DNA of 64,000 nt from Fidelibacterota bacterium (GTDB lineage: Bacteria > Fidelibacterota > Marinisomatia > SCGC-AAA003-L08 > JACNLC01): the NCBI GenBank assembly GCA_024277615.1, contig JAJRUW010000010.1:3997-67996 (forward strand), in the 5' to 3' direction. The notes beneath the pieces are model-generated. The model was not told the origin of the DNA and did not search any database. It was given only the letters and a program-made list of their open reading frames with translations. This document shows positions 63,148 through 64,000 of this stretch, piece after piece; position 1 is the stretch's first letter; each line of letters begins with the position of its first letter. A program made the position numbers and the translations under genes.

Positions 63148-63342
63148 ATGTCTTTAGGTCCATGGGAAATAGTCATCATTTTAGTAGTAATCTTACTGAT
63201 CTTTGGGGGTAAAAAACTGCCTGAACTTGCCAGAGGACTCGGACAGGGACTGCGGGAATTCAAAAGTGCAACCAGAGAGATAAAAGAAGAAGTTGAAAAT
63301 GCCACCAAGGAGGCCAAAGACCTGGCCGACGATAAAAAGTGA
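63148..63342 (+). CDS. tatA: Twin-arginine translocase TatA/E
   Basis: G.WE...I....LLIFG.KKLPELARGLG....EFK; AAGGAG SD. Confidence 0.96.
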   Translation: MSLGPWEIVIILVVILLIFGGKKLPELARGLGQGLREFKSATREIKEEVENATKEAKDLADDKK

Positions 63343-63431
63343 ACTGACCCAACTAATTTTCCAAAAAGTACTTCGCTCGGGTAGGATGACGGCAGGTCCG
63401 GCGTTTATCCGATGTCTGGCAGGAGACTGTT

Positions 63432-63471
63432 GCCTGTTTGTCACTTTGTGACGGCAGGCTGTTTTCATTTT
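63432..63471 (+). terminator. Probable terminator hairpin after tatA
   Basis: GCCTGTTTGTCAC-ttt-GTGACGGCAGGC followed by TGTTTTCATTTT. Confidence 0.5.
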
Positions 63472-63602
63472 AAAATGCTGGAAATCACTACCGGCCCGGG
63501 AAAATGACTCTGACCGGAGTTTCCGGCTGAAACGGGGAAACTTTTTGTGAGAAACTGCATTAATCCTTGGCATATAATCGAGGAATCCGAAACAGAGCCT
63601 AA

Positions 63603-64000
63603 ATGATAGATTTTGAACATCCATTTTTCTTATTTCTGCTGGTGTTACCGCCACTTTTTTTGCTGTGGTATTTGCGGAAGGGTCGATTGCAGGAAGCAAC
63701 AATTCGTTTTTCAGCAATTGAGCTGATCCCCAAAGCCGCCGTGAGATCGGGGGAACGGAAAGTGAAATTCCTTCTCTTTCTGAAAATTCTTGTTTTCATT
63801 CTGTTGATCATTGCGCTGGCGAGGCCCAGGATAACCGATACGCTAAGAGAGACCAACTCTGATATCATCGATATAATGCTGGTTATCGACCAGTCATCCT
63901 CAATGCTTGCGCAGGATTTTCAGCCCAACCGCCTGGGGGCTGCTAAAAATGTAGCAAAAACTTTCATCAAAGACCGCCAGGGAGACCGGTTGGGTATCAT
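63603..64000 (+). CDS. batA: BatA-like vWA domain membrane protein (5' part, truncated by window edge)
   Basis: Own translation: MIDFEHP.FL.LL...IIALARP...DIMLVIDQSSSMLAQDFQPNRL.AAK...DRLG (MIDAS DxSxS). Confidence 0.88.
   Translation, partial: MIDFEHPFFLFLLVLPPLFLLWYLRKGRLQEATIRFSAIELIPKAAVRSGERKVKFLLFLKILVFILLIIALARPRITDTLRETNSDIIDIMLVIDQSSSMLAQDFQPNRLGAAKNVAKTFIKDRQGDRLGI

Noticed and set aside
1-64000. CRISPR arrays, tandem repeat arrays, DGR/retron or known defence genes
   Set aside because: No regularly spaced direct repeats, reverse transcriptase, cas or nuclease-type defence ORFs were recognised by eye; short or degenerate repeats could have been missed

Overview
A 64-kb bacterial chromosomal segment. 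Gene content and protein style suggest the FCB group, most likely a Marinisomatota/Neomarinimicrobiota-like lineage; this is inference from a FlgD-Ig/'NYPNPFNP' sorting tail, group II GGGP synthase, BatA and split GcvP. Most of the window is dense housekeeping operons on the + strand: dNK, hinT, smc, comF, pgk-tpiA-secG-tRNA-Leu(GAG), acpS, nnrDE, recN, murA, trkAH, efp-accBC-gcvH-gcvPA, GGGPS, xerD, ftcD, mutL-miaA, truA, htrA, purBC, psd-pssA, purSQ, tatA, batA. A - strand maeB-gltA-mdh block sits at 21.7-26.7 kb. The best candidate for an uncharacterised system is a 7-gene, all-exported envelope cluster at 27.2-36.6 kb: three LPP20-like proteins, a PEGA-repeat/beta-barrel protein, an NTF2-like protein, a YfaP-like protein and a transglutaminase-like Cys-His-Asp enzyme. 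Other oddities: single in-frame stops in smc (TAG) and the PEGA gene (TAA), a DUF885 protein lacking its metal ligands, a divergent YchF paralog, a eukaryote-type citrate synthase with a structured upstream RNA candidate, and a small plasticity zone at 37.9-42.3 kb (MITE-like inverted repeat, KilA-N remnant, AT-rich DUF5916 gene). No CRISPR array, rRNA or intact transposase was seen. Family calls come from motif recognition by eye; no database searches were run.
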